DNA of 32,000 nucleotides, from positions 570,001 through 602,000 of the forward strand of contig CP025011.1 of the NCBI GenBank assembly GCA_002952755.1, read 5' to 3'. The DNA comes from Candidatus Saccharimonadota bacterium (GTDB taxonomy: Bacteria; Patescibacteriota; Saccharimonadia; Saccharimonadales; UBA4665). The notes under the pieces were generated by a model that saw only the letters and a list, made by a program, of their open reading frames with translations, made no database searches and was not told the origin of the DNA. Made by a program: the position numbers and the translations under genes. This document shows, piece by piece, positions 1 through 8,799 of the stretch (within the stretch, counting starts at the first letter, position 1; each line of letters begins with the position of its first letter).

Positions 1-104
1 TATAATAGTATGTATAATCTTGAGACAATGTATCATGAGCCATGAAGCAATAGAAAATGCTGGTGAAGTCGATTATTTCCACCACCTCGACCCAAGAGGG
101 GTAG

Positions 105-128
105 ACTGCCAATTGACCAATTGGCAGT
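105..128. repeat. Perfect inverted repeat ACTGCCAATTG-AC-CAATTGGCAGT just upstream of the methyltransferase start; possible operator
   Basis: Read directly: 11-nt arms at 105..115 and 118..128 with a 2-nt spacer. No T-run follows, so it is not a terminator. It overlaps the end of an unsupported 31-codon ORF (35..130). Confidence 0.6.
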
Positions 129-137
129 AACTAGCTT

Positions 138-896
138 ATGAGCGCGTTCGAAGAGGCATTTGGCACAGAGCCCCCTTATATCCCAGAGCTAACTCGCCTC
201 AGCGCGGGACCCAACTATACTACGTACTGTCATAAAGACCGGACGCTCGCCGTCCATGAAACTCTCCTCGGTTTTTCTGCAGCCGAACTACCTGCCGGGG
301 CACGGCTTTTGGTTATCGGACCTGGTGCGACGCGGCGGTTTGAGCGGCAACTTAATGAGGCGCGTCCAGACATATATGCAGTTAGCGTAGACCCGCTTCT
401 GCGATATGGAATACGAGAGCGGCATCTTGAATCAATTCGTTGGGGTGGCCGTCGTAAAGGAAGCAGCTTTATCTATAAGAAAGATGAATATCCAACCGAG
501 ATTATGAACGGCCATCCCTACTTTCGACAAGCGGCTGTTTGCGGTGGCTTTGTAGCGCTGCAGCACGATGGAGCGGGCGGACAGTCCGAGACGCAGTATA
601 ATTATCTTCCTTTTCGGGACGATACCTTTGATGCGATTCTAGGGTTGCATTCGGTCCCGCAATATGTCCCAACGGAACATATACCGGCACTTATGGCGGA
701 CATTATACGCGTTGCTAAGCCCGCTGGCCATGTGGCATTGTTTCCTGTTCTCAACGAAGATATTCCCGCTGTTACCGAAATAATTAAAAAATCCCCGGAC
801 ATAGGCGAACCATTGCTCGATGATCCCGCACACTCCTATTTCGATAGTATCTGGCCGGACGAGGGTAAGCGATTCAGTTTTACCAAGGTGGCGTAG
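138..896 (+). CDS. Class I SAM-dependent methyltransferase-like protein
   Basis: ORF of 252 aa. It has a glycine-rich motif I (LLVIGPGATRR), an acidic loop (AVSVDP) and a later FDAILGLHSV block typical of the Rossmann-fold MTase order. An unusual insertion sits between the motifs. Confidence 0.55.
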   Translation: MSAFEEAFGTEPPYIPELTRLSAGPNYTTYCHKDRTLAVHETLLGFSAAELPAGARLLVIGPGATRRFERQLNEARPDIYAVSVDPLLRYGIRERHLESIRWGGRRKGSSFIYKKDEYPTEIMNGHPYFRQAAVCGGFVALQHDGAGGQSETQYNYLPFRDDTFDAILGLHSVPQYVPTEHIPALMADIIRVAKPAGHVALFPVLNEDIPAVTEIIKKSPDIGEPLLDDPAHSYFDSIWPDEGKRFSFTKVA

Positions 897-900
897 TCTT

Positions 901-916
901 GGCAATTAAATAATTG
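901..916 (+). repeat. Degenerate copy of the IS1595-type terminal inverted-repeat tip (possible solo IR relic)
   Basis: GGCAATTAAATAATTG matches the first 16 nt of the transposon IR (GGCAATTATATACTTG) at 14 of 16 positions by hand alignment. It starts 5 nt after the methyltransferase stop. Confidence 0.3.
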
Positions 917-1055
917 GAACGCTGGCTAACGAAAAACCTAGAGGGCGCCAATGAGTATGGGGCCAGGGTTGCAAGAAAATCTCGGGTGAGGCTATTAAAA
1001 CCGGAAGACTTTCTAAGTATCTCTGTCCAACTCCTATGGCTCGAATGCCGCGGCT

Positions 1056-1475
1056 TTATGCGCTAAGTTGGCGCATCATACTGCCACTGTCCCAATATTC
1101 GCGGGAACGAATGATCTTGCCATTCTGAATATTAGCCAAAAAACAAATCTGTAAAGTGATTTCTTTCGTAACACCTGCCGGTATCTTGATGTTATGCGCG
1201 TCCATGGGGCCTTGCACTTGAGAAACGACAGTGTATTCTGCACAAACCCAATCGTTATCGGCAAAAATATGAGTGAGCGTTTTGCGGCCGTGCGATTTAA
1301 CTGCCATTTTTGCTGCTTCACGCAGTTCATCGATGCCGTCGTAGATTTTCCCGGTCGGTACAATAGTCATCTCGGCGTGGTCGTCCCAAAAAGCTAATTC
1401 ACCTTCGACATCATCACGATTGTGCGCTTCTAGCCAATCTTCTATGACCTGGATGTTTGCTGCCGTGTTACTCAC
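1056..1475 (-). CDS. SnoaL-like / NTF2-fold protein (ester-cyclase-like)
   Basis: 139 aa. The N-terminal pattern (IEDWLEAHNRDDVEG...FWDDHAEM) and C-terminal pattern (NGKIIRSREYWD) are typical of SnoaL-like polyketide-cyclase-fold proteins. Confidence 0.65.
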   Translation of the reverse strand: MSNTAANIQVIEDWLEAHNRDDVEGELAFWDDHAEMTIVPTGKIYDGIDELREAAKMAVKSHGRKTLTHIFADNDWVCAEYTVVSQVQGPMDAHNIKIPAGVTKEITLQICFLANIQNGKIIRSREYWDSGSMMRQLSA

Positions 1476-1516
1476 TTTTTCTCCTTTATTTTATGCGGGT
1501 AGCTACCTAAGCGCCT

Positions 1517-1996
1517 TTATGGCGAAGAGGTAGCCGCTAGCTCTTCAATGATGTGGGTGAGCATGGTGTTAGTTTGCTGACGATGTGTAATGAGATCTTG
1601 AATAGCGCTGTTGCTCGTATTTTCTAGAATGCTTTGTAATTCAGTTTCGGAAAGTTTGCGGATAGCCTGGAATTGCTTCGGCAATTGTTTTGGACGAATA
1701 ATGGCACGGCGCTTGTCATGCGGGTCGCGCTCTCTACTGATAAAACCGCCTTTTTCAAGCCTGATCAGTGCAGCAGTAGTTGCGCCGGTCGTGAGGCCTG
1801 CTATTTTGCTTACTTGGCTGGCGGTGGCAGCTTGGTTTTCGTATAGAAAAAACAAGATGGCTGCGTCCGTGGGATAAATCCCTGCGAAGGTAGCGGCAGC
1901 ATCGTTCCAGGCTATAGCCAGGCGCATCTCTTCGCGGATAGTTGCTGTTAGCCTGCTCAACAATTTTTGACGCTCATTCGACGAACCGGAGGACAT
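1517..1996 (-). CDS. MarR family transcriptional regulator
   Basis: 159 aa. Winged-HTH signature: ASQVSKIAGLTTGATTAALIRLEKGGFISRERDPHDKRRAIIRP. Confidence 0.85.
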   Translation of the reverse strand: MSSGSSNERQKLLSRLTATIREEMRLAIAWNDAAATFAGIYPTDAAILFFLYENQAATASQVSKIAGLTTGATTAALIRLEKGGFISRERDPHDKRRAIIRPKQLPKQFQAIRKLSETELQSILENTSNSAIQDLITHRQQTNTMLTHIIEELAATSSP

Positions 1997-2046
1997 ACTA
2001 ATAACTTTACCATGAAGATATCCCTATTAACGATTATTCGCTTTCA

Positions 2047-2775
2047 TTAAGTCGATGGCTTATACACTACGTCGGTTGGAAATGTTGCTATATTGTATAT
2101 TTCTGTGGCGGTATTAACCATGTCTTCTGGAGTGGAGTGAAGGGAGTGTGTGCCGTCAACAGTGAAAACACCCTGAAGACCTGCTACCGAATTACTCGCT
2201 TCACTATTCCAGTCCCTTGTTGGTAAAACCAATTTTAGCAACCTATCTTCTAAAAGTCTTTTTACTCGCTCTAAAAAGTCTCTAGAGTTGGCGGCAACGT
2301 CTGCAAAGTATGAATCGTCAATACGAACATCAATCGGAGTTGGGGCTAAAGCGCTCGGGCCACTGGCGCCAAGCGCAAACGAGTAGCTTGGCATCATATA
2401 TTTCCCTTTAACCTGGTGCATTCTACTAACTATGCGTGAATGGTGTAAGAGCTTCAACGGATCTGGTAGCGGAGGAGCAATGGCAACTGCTTGGACCTGA
2501 GTATTCGAACTATGCTCTAAGTAGCGAACGGCCGCTAGCGCGCCAAGGCTCTGAGTGTATATGAGTGAGCGGGTATTTCTTGATCCATCCAAGATTTTGT
2601 CTACTATACGCGCTTGATCGGAAGGCGAGGTTGCTACGAGGCCGTTATCAGTTTTCTCGCCTCCGTCAATGTAGTGAACGTCCTCTCCTTGATGAAGCGA
2701 AGCAAGGAGAGATAAAGGCGCCAAGTTAGCTCCTTTGCTGGCCATACCGGCAATAATTAGAATATTTCGAGGCAT
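2047..2775 (-). CDS. Putative alpha/beta-fold hydrolase
   Basis: Features are an N-terminal beta-strand (NILIIAGM), a nucleophile-elbow-like YTQSLGA and a C-terminal DGTHSLH. The start is ambiguous: ATG at 2775 (MPRNILII) or the ORF-track start at 2826. Neither has a clear SD. Confidence 0.45.
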   Translation of the reverse strand: MPRNILIIAGMASKGANLAPLSLLASLHQGEDVHYIDGGEKTDNGLVATSPSDQARIVDKILDGSRNTRSLIYTQSLGALAAVRYLEHSSNTQVQAVAIAPPLPDPLKLLHHSRIVSRMHQVKGKYMMPSYSFALGASGPSALAPTPIDVRIDDSYFADVAANSRDFLERVKRLLEDRLLKLVLPTRDWNSEASNSVAGLQGVFTVDGTHSLHSTPEDMVNTATEIYNIATFPTDVVYKPST

Positions 2776-3004
2776 GAAATAGTAGATACTACAGAGGTTG
2801 GGTTTAGTCAAACTAAACGCCTGCACAAAGGGCTGCCGCTATAAAACGGACAACTCTACCCCACTAAGATCCTGCCTTGACAGTGAAGCTACTTATTGTC
2901 GTTCTGGCGCTACTCGCTTTTTTAGTTTCCTATTCGTCGCTCTGATGCCCTGTAAACGCCTGCATGGCCTCCATGCGAGTGGGGGTCGGCACAGCCCTTG
3001 GACA

Positions 3005-3229
3005 TTACTTTTGCTCCGCACCAAAGAATCTGGCAATCTTTTGCTGCCAACCTACCAACACTTTCGGTTTGCGGTTTGGATGACGAGTATGCGCTCTTCG
3101 CAGCGGCCGGTTCGGTAGTCCTCCGCGGCTATTGAGACGTTTCGCCTCACTGTGTTTCGGCATACCTGGAATTCGGTGCATGGCTTTGTGTGCTTGCGCC
3201 GGCAATGTTTTCTCATTATTTTCACTCAT
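3005..3229 (-). CDS. Small, very basic hypothetical protein (74 aa)
   Basis: The internal ATG at 3229 (MSENNEK...) is preceded by AGGAAAGGGGG as an SD. It is divergent from tetR across the operator region. No family recognised. Confidence 0.4.
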   Translation of the reverse strand: MSENNEKTLPAQAHKAMHRIPGMPKHSEAKRLNSRGGLPNRPLRRAHTRHPNRKPKVLVGWQQKIARFFGAEQK

Positions 3230-3242
3230 TTGTGCCCCCTTT

Positions 3243-3271
3243 CCTAACACTGTTAGCCTAACGATGTTAGG
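3243..3271. promoter_or_regulatory. Two tandem 15-bp palindromes (CCTAAC-ACT-GTTAGc and CCTAAC-GAT-GTTAGG); putative TetR operators
   Basis: Read directly in the divergent intergenic region between 3229 and 3319. The second palindrome is perfect (6-bp arms, 3-nt spacer). The first has 5-bp perfect arms. Confidence 0.5.
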
Positions 3272-3287
3272 ATATTACCTCGTTATG

Positions 3288-3296
3288 TGCTATACT
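3288..3296 (+). promoter_or_regulatory. Extended -10 promoter element TGcTATACT for tetR
   Basis: TG at 3288..3289 and TATACT at 3291..3296, about 23 nt upstream of the ATG at 3319 and just downstream of the palindromes. Confidence 0.35.
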
Positions 3297-3318
3297 GTCA
3301 AGCTAATAGGTGAGATCT

Positions 3319-3972
3319 ATGACGTTGCAGCGAAAAGACATAGTAATCAAAGGTTTAGAAATCCTCCAGCGCGGCGGCGTAGACGGCTTGACACTGCGCA
3401 AACTGGCGTCGGAGCTTCATATCCAGGCCGCCTCCCTCTATACGCACGTCAAAAATAAACGTGATTTGTTGGATGAAATGGCCGAAGAAATGCTGCGTGC
3501 TCAGTTCCCGAATATGCCCGAGCCGAGACATGCAGAAATGTGGCAGGTATGGTTCAAGCGCATAGTACATGGTGTGCGGGGAGCACTGCTTATTTATCGC
3601 GACGGCGGTTTAGTTGCAGCAGGGGTTAACCCTAGGCGCGCAAAAACGTATGCGAAACTGGGCGCGCACATGCTGAGCGTATTGTGCGAGACATATGATT
3701 TCGATGTTGTTGCAGCTGGTAATCTAGTTGCGACAGCGCTGGTATACACCTATGGTTCGGTTATTGAAGAGCAGAACTCGCCTAGCGCAGAGGAAATACA
3801 AGAAACCGGAGCGTCGGTAGGAGACTATTTCTCACCGGAGATGAAGCGAAAATTAGCTGACGCCGCCAGAAAGTTCAAAGGAACTACCGACTTTTTTGAT
3901 CAAGCTCTAGACTTGATGATATATGGGGTTCAAAGCGAGATACATGGCCGCCGCGCAGGACTAGAGCGCTAA
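3319..3972 (+). CDS. TetR/AcrR family transcriptional regulator
   Basis: N-terminal HTH: GVDGLTLRKLASELHIQAASLYTHVKNKRDLLDEM. The C-terminal ligand-binding region is helical. ATG at 3319 with AGGTGAG upstream; the ORF-track GTG at 3310 is an alternative. Confidence 0.85.
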   Translation: MTLQRKDIVIKGLEILQRGGVDGLTLRKLASELHIQAASLYTHVKNKRDLLDEMAEEMLRAQFPNMPEPRHAEMWQVWFKRIVHGVRGALLIYRDGGLVAAGVNPRRAKTYAKLGAHMLSVLCETYDFDVVAAGNLVATALVYTYGSVIEEQNSPSAEEIQETGASVGDYFSPEMKRKLADAARKFKGTTDFFDQALDLMIYGVQSEIHGRRAGLER

Positions 3973-4084
3973 ACAGATGAAAGATGTCGAAATGCAAACG
4001 CTTTTCTTATCTGTAACGATGTCGTAACTGTTTCCCATAAAACAACACGCCGCTCCACTGGGATGCTTGTACAATGAGACAAGT

Positions 4085-4903
4085 ATGAGAGATCAGTTAT
4101 TAGTCAGGCTGAGAGATGCAAGCGACATTAGCATAGTAGGGGGTAAGGCCAGTGCGCTCGGCACGATGCTGCGTACGGGCTTTCGAGTCCCGGATGGTTT
4201 TGTGTTGCCTGCGAAAGCTTTCAATAAAATGACTCCCCAACTCGAAAACGTATTGATGCATTCTTTTGATGAGCTGGATGCACGTTTCGTAGCCGTTCGC
4301 TCAAGCGCTATCAACGAAGATGGCATAGATGCGGCATGGGCAGGGCAGTTAGACACTTTTCTTAATTGCATCCGGAATGAATTAGTGCAAAAAGTGAAGA
4401 GTTGCTGGAAGTCCGTTAATACTGAACGTGCTCAGTCTTATGCCTTGCAAAAAGGAATCAAAAGTTCGCGAATTGCGGTAATAGTGCAGGAGATGATCGA
4501 TAGTGATATCAGTGGGGTGGCCTTCTCGGCACACCCTGTCTCTGGAAATGAAGCGCTTGTTGTGATAGAAGCAGGGCTTGGCTTAGGAGAAGCTGTGGTT
4601 TCTGGCGAAATCACCCCCGACACCTATATCGTCAATAAGGAAGACGGACAATTAGCCGAAAAACATGTCGCCATGCAAAAGAGGATGCGCATAAAGAGTG
4701 AGGCTGGAGAGAATATTTGGGAGGACGTTGGCGATAAGGGTAGCGCACAAAAATTGTCAGCGGAACAGATTGATGACGTGTATAAGCTGACGGTAAAACT
4801 TGAGAAATTCTTCGCGTACCCTGTAGATGTTGAATGGGCAATTAAAGGCAACACCCTCTATGTTTTGCAGTGCCGTCCAATAACTACCCTACTGCACCCA
4901 TGA
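4085..4903 (+). CDS. PEP/pyruvate-binding (PPDK_N, ATP-grasp) domain protein; nucleotide-binding subunit of a split dikinase-type enzyme
   Basis: GGKASALGTMLRTGFRVPDGFVL, VAVRSSAINEDG, GVAFSAHPVSG and the C-terminal YVLQCRPIT are the hallmark blocks of the PEP synthase / PPDK N-terminal domain. Start taken at ATG 4085; the track TTG at 4067 is an alternative. Confidence 0.8.
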   Translation: MRDQLLVRLRDASDISIVGGKASALGTMLRTGFRVPDGFVLPAKAFNKMTPQLENVLMHSFDELDARFVAVRSSAINEDGIDAAWAGQLDTFLNCIRNELVQKVKSCWKSVNTERAQSYALQKGIKSSRIAVIVQEMIDSDISGVAFSAHPVSGNEALVVIEAGLGLGEAVVSGEITPDTYIVNKEDGQLAEKHVAMQKRMRIKSEAGENIWEDVGDKGSAQKLSAEQIDDVYKLTVKLEKFFAYPVDVEWAIKGNTLYVLQCRPITTLLHP

Positions 4904-4934
4904 GATAGAATTATTAAACGAAGGAGGTGATACC

Positions 4935-6032
4935 ATGGCCGACGATAAGCTCGCAGAATTACTAAAAACGCAGAAATCCCTGACCGAATGGCTGGAAGAT
5001 ATTAAACATTCCGACGCCACGCTTATTCGAAAAGAAGATAACGATAAACGTGAGCGCTTAAAAGTGTTGCATGAAGTCATAGGCCTTCCTTTTGACAAGC
5101 CCACTCAATTTGAAGCGACTGAACTAAGCGAAGACAACCAGAAGTTTATGGCCTTCCTTAAAGAGCGGGGAGCTGAGTTGTGCGCATTAAGGCTAATGCC
5201 TAAGAAGGAGGGGCTACCGAAACTTCGCATGCGCGGGAAGACAACAACAGACGCGTATGCATGGTTTAAGGAGCAAAAGATTGACCCAGCTGACTACCGG
5301 GCAGATTTTATCCCTCACGCACCGGACTCATTATGGGCAACTATATTTATAGTCAACCAACATGGTATCCAGGGTGAAATTATTGACGGTGGGCATCACC
5401 AGCTTACTCAGGGTTTTCATGACGCCGCAGCGCCAAGCGTATTTAGATATGATTTTAAGGCCTGGTCTATTACTCCGCATAACGACAGGGCACTTGAACA
5501 CCTGAAAAAGATTTCTAAGTTTATATATGTGCCCGATCGTTCCCGGCAAAACAAACTGAGCGAGATGCTTCATGCAACTTTTGAGCATGACTACCTGGCT
5601 GGCTACTTTGAAACGACAGAATCTTCCCTGGGTACCTGGTACATAGACTATAGCCAATATCTTGGCGATATATATAAAGATGTTACCTTGAGGACAGAAT
5701 CGCCAAAAAGCGACGGCATAGTTACCGGGCAAACAGGTAGCTCGGGCAAGGCACGAGGTGAGGTATGTATCGTTGATCCGGATAACCTAGACATAGATTT
5801 TCCAGAGAATGGAGTGCTCGTTTGTGCAGTAACCACTCCTGACTATGTTCCGCTGATGCAAAAAGCGAGCGCCATTGTCACAGACCAAGGTGGTATACTT
5901 TCGCACGCTGCCATCGTCGCCCGTGAATTACATAAGCCATGTATTGTCGGAACGGGTGATGCTACCACGAAACTTAAGGATGGCGACTTAGTGTCTGTTG
6001 ATGCGGATGTCGGCGTAGTAGTTGAGGGTTGA
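4935..6032 (+). CDS. PEP-utilising-enzyme mobile (swivel phosphohistidine) domain protein with about 260-aa uncharacterised N-terminal domain
   Basis: Strong SD (GAAGGAGGTG) upstream of the ATG. The C-terminus has GKARGEVCIV...LVCAVTTPDYVPLMQKASAIVTDQGGILSHAAIVARELHKPCIVG with the catalytic-His motif (SHAAIVARE). The protein ends right after the swivel domain, with no PEP-binding TIM barrel. Confidence 0.8.
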   Translation: MADDKLAELLKTQKSLTEWLEDIKHSDATLIRKEDNDKRERLKVLHEVIGLPFDKPTQFEATELSEDNQKFMAFLKERGAELCALRLMPKKEGLPKLRMRGKTTTDAYAWFKEQKIDPADYRADFIPHAPDSLWATIFIVNQHGIQGEIIDGGHHQLTQGFHDAAAPSVFRYDFKAWSITPHNDRALEHLKKISKFIYVPDRSRQNKLSEMLHATFEHDYLAGYFETTESSLGTWYIDYSQYLGDIYKDVTLRTESPKSDGIVTGQTGSSGKARGEVCIVDPDNLDIDFPENGVLVCAVTTPDYVPLMQKASAIVTDQGGILSHAAIVARELHKPCIVGTGDATTKLKDGDLVSVDADVGVVVEG

Positions 6033-6175
6033 TCTTACAATTACGATGCTGACAGCGAAGAAAGGCGATATTGAACCGAGAGGATAGTAGGGTGTTCGGG
6101 CCTAACGGGTGAGGAGCTCGAGCTATACCAAGGTGAAGTAATCATCCCTGGGCTGATGATGCATTGCAGGCAATG

Positions 6176-6490
6176 CTACTTCCATTCCCGTTTCCGGTTC
6201 TTCTCCTCTTTCTCTCTGACTGCCTCAAGCATATCAACACCGAGCATGGTTGCAAGGCCAAGCAGAACTATTTGCACATCAGCCAATTCTTCACGTATGT
6301 CTGTTTGCTGAGTATTATCGGCGAACTTCAAACCTGCAACCTTGCGAGTGGCCTTAGCCAGCTCGCCAGCTTCTTCAAGGAGCATTACGAGCTTTTTGCT
6401 TGGGTCTGTCGTGTTGAAACCGCGAAGCTTGTTCATTTCCCAAATATATTTTTGGAGTTTCTGTAGCGAGCCGTCAGTGGGCATATCCAT
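6176..6490 (-). CDS. MazG-like nucleotide pyrophosphohydrolase
   Basis: 104 aa. EEAGELAKATRK ... EELADVQIVLLGLATMLGVD matches the EExxE...ExxD helical MazG signature. Confidence 0.75.
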   Translation of the reverse strand: MDMPTDGSLQKLQKYIWEMNKLRGFNTTDPSKKLVMLLEEAGELAKATRKVAGLKFADNTQQTDIREELADVQIVLLGLATMLGVDMLEAVREKEEKNRKREWK

Positions 6491-6859
6491 ATATCTATCT
6501 TACCTATTGTCATAGGAAGATGCCATGGCTACAAATTTTTGAGACGTATCATCTACTTATAAACCATGGCCGAATTTACTGGCATAGAGTAATTGCAGGG
6601 GGCTAATGTAGCTGCCGGATGACATGAGGGGGTCATGCTTCGTAGCATGACACTACGATTAAACGACAGAATATATCCTAGCAGGGCAGGCCCTTGAGTT
6701 TGGAATCATTACAAGCAAGGAGCGGCTCGTGCCATTGTGAAGTACTACTCATAGCAGTCTGTCAAAGTTGTCTTGCAGTTTGTTGTGTTTTCTACGTTTT
6801 GTAATTCTTCCGGTGGATCTATAGTGAGCTTATTAGCACAAAGAGAAGGAGTTATAGGT

Positions 6860-7183
6860 ATGTCAAAGTACGTTCTTATCTACAAAGCAAATGAAGCTTA
6901 CGACTGGAGTAAGTTGCCAGAACAAGAAGTTAAGAAAGTAATGGATGTATGGGGTGAGTTTCTAGGATCGATGGGGCCCGCACTTATTGACAGGGGTGAC
7001 GCTTTTAAATTCGGCGGTAAAAGTCTTAGCAAGTCTGGAGCAAAGGATGCGGATAATTTGCTTACGGGTTTTTCCATTGTCGAAGCAGAGGATTTGGATG
7101 AAGCGCTCGAAATGGCGAAAAACGCACCCGGCGTTCTAAGTGGCCAAGGCACCGTAGAAGTGTATGAAGCTTTTGGGGTTTAG
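6860..7183 (+). CDS. YCII-related (dimeric alpha/beta-barrel) protein, paralogue A
   Basis: ATG at 6860 is preceded by AGAAGGAG. 107 aa: MSKYVLIYK...GFSIVEAEDLDEALEMAKNAP. 67 of 107 hand-aligned positions are identical to the ORF at 20308..20628. Confidence 0.7.
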   Translation: MSKYVLIYKANEAYDWSKLPEQEVKKVMDVWGEFLGSMGPALIDRGDAFKFGGKSLSKSGAKDADNLLTGFSIVEAEDLDEALEMAKNAPGVLSGQGTVEVYEAFGV

Positions 7184-7254
7184 CGTGGCTCCCTCGGATG
7201 CAACCATGGAGCTTGCAGTATATATAAGGCAGGCCTGTTGTGCCGCCCGAAAGG

Positions 7255-7683
7255 ATGTGTAACGTGTCTATTCATATCTCGTTCATAGGAGTGTTATTAA
7301 GTACGGCTGCTGCAATGGTTATAGGCGGGTTATGGTATAGTCCGTTCCTATTTGGTACGCCATGGATGAAGGCCATTGGTCTGACCGATAAGGCTATGAA
7401 GGCGCGCACGAAGGGTGCTCTTGGCGTGCTTGTAGTGGTCTATGCGGTAACTGCCTACGTGCTTTCACTTTTTACTGCGTATTACCATGCCTATAGCGGA
7501 GGCAGCGGGTTAAAGGGCGGCCTCGTTACCGCGCTCCTGGTCTGGTTGGGCTTTGGTGCAACAACAATACTTGCTCATGGTGTGTTTGAACCGCGTGACA
7601 GGTCGGTGCTGTATATAAACATGGGCAATCGCTTCGTTACGCTTGTCTCCATGGGACTCATCGTCGGCGCGTGTTTTAAATGA
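7255..7683 (+). CDS. DUF1761-like integral membrane protein
   Basis: GGLWYSPFLFGTPWMKAIGL follows a first TM helix, and there are 4 predicted TM segments. Start ambiguous among 7240 GTG, 7255 ATG and 7264 GTG. Confidence 0.6.
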   Translation: MCNVSIHISFIGVLLSTAAAMVIGGLWYSPFLFGTPWMKAIGLTDKAMKARTKGALGVLVVVYAVTAYVLSLFTAYYHAYSGGSGLKGGLVTALLVWLGFGATTILAHGVFEPRDRSVLYINMGNRFVTLVSMGLIVGACFK

Positions 7684-7727
7684 TACGCTAGAGCTCCTTA
7701 GCCATGACTCATCGCTCTCATTTCGCC

Positions 7728-8228
7728 TCAAGTGGTATATGTTGCTTTGATTCGCGCCTCATTTTCAGCAAGAGTGTTAAGTCCTACGCTAGCTCGTCGT
7801 TCATCGACATGTTTCGGGTCTTCAATTGGGAACGGCTCCCAGCCGTCGCCAACATTACGAAACTGCGTGCCATATACTTGTGGTTTATTTTCCATGGTGA
7901 GCAGACGATCTTCCAAAAAGGCAATATTAGCTGGCCGTACATCATGAGGCGTTTGCTTCATTAGCTCCAGGCACCGTTTCATAAAGTCTGCCTCGGCGTA
8001 TGCGTGTTGTATGAGGAGCCAGGCTGCTTGCGAAGCTTCCGCTCCAACTTTCGAAATTGTAGGCCATCCTATCTCGGCAATAATTTCTTTAAGTCGAGCT
8101 GTGTTACGAGCGTCGATAGAATTATCCCACTCGTCCATGTTGGCCTGTGCCTTCATGCGCATATCTTGATCGGCTTGTGACATTTTGTGCAATTCGCGTG
8201 CTATTGGGCTTAATGGTTCATCTCCCAT
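7728..8228 (-). CDS. Conserved hypothetical protein (DUF6624-like; AAWLLIQHA motif)
   Basis: 166 aa. The pattern RLKEII..GWPT.S.VG..AS.AAWLLIQHA...FLEDRLL...KPQVYGTQF is recalled from a family of unknown function. Confidence 0.4.
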   Translation of the reverse strand: MGDEPLSPIARELHKMSQADQDMRMKAQANMDEWDNSIDARNTARLKEIIAEIGWPTISKVGAEASQAAWLLIQHAYAEADFMKRCLELMKQTPHDVRPANIAFLEDRLLTMENKPQVYGTQFRNVGDGWEPFPIEDPKHVDERRASVGLNTLAENEARIKATYTT

Positions 8229-8465
8229 ACCCTACAGCTTAACAGCCAAGTTCGCAGCGGGATACCTGGCCGCTGTACATATTCCGTCTTGTAGGGCATC
8301 CCAGGGTTTGCGCCTGAAGCTATCGATCAAAAAATAACCATTACCAGGTTACTTGGCTTTTCCTAATGACCTGGTACATTAGAGTATGTGAGTAAACAAA
8401 GGAGCCGCTCATGAGATTACAATGGTCCGGTACGAAATAAAAGTAACTGGTGAGGAGAATTAAGT

Positions 8466-8777
8466 ATGGTGCGTTTACTTGTCTTATATAACAAGCCTAA
8501 TGATGCAGAGGCGTTTCATAAACACTTTGATGAAGTAGTTGCCCCCCTCGCTAAGAAAATGCCGGGTGTGCGTCGTTATACCGTCAGTCGTGATGTGATG
8601 CCTAGTCAAAGCGGTGAGCCGTATTATATGGTGGCCGAAATTGATTGGGATGATATGGAATCTCTGAAGCGAGATTTCGAATCGCCTGAAGGGAAAGCGG
8701 CGGCAGTTGAAGCGGCTAAGGTGTCCGAGATGAGCCCAGGAACACGCAGTATGATTTATGAGTTCGTAGAAGTGTAA
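8466..8777 (+). CDS. EthD-family (TIGR02118-like) dimeric alpha/beta-barrel protein
   Basis: 103 aa. MVRLLVLYNKPNDAEAFHKHFDEVVAPLAKKMPGVRRYTVS is a typical EthD N-terminus. GAGGAG is the SD. Confidence 0.75.
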   Translation: MVRLLVLYNKPNDAEAFHKHFDEVVAPLAKKMPGVRRYTVSRDVMPSQSGEPYYMVAEIDWDDMESLKRDFESPEGKAAAVEAAKVSEMSPGTRSMIYEFVEV

Positions 8778-8799
8778 AGGACTGAAGCTTAGGTAGACT

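Noticed and set aside
2798-3458. ORFs 2798..3118 and 3132..3458 on the + strand
   Set aside because: Their products are Cys/Arg-rich and low-complexity, and they have no SD. They overlap the RBS-supported minus-strand small gene, the operator region and the tetR start.
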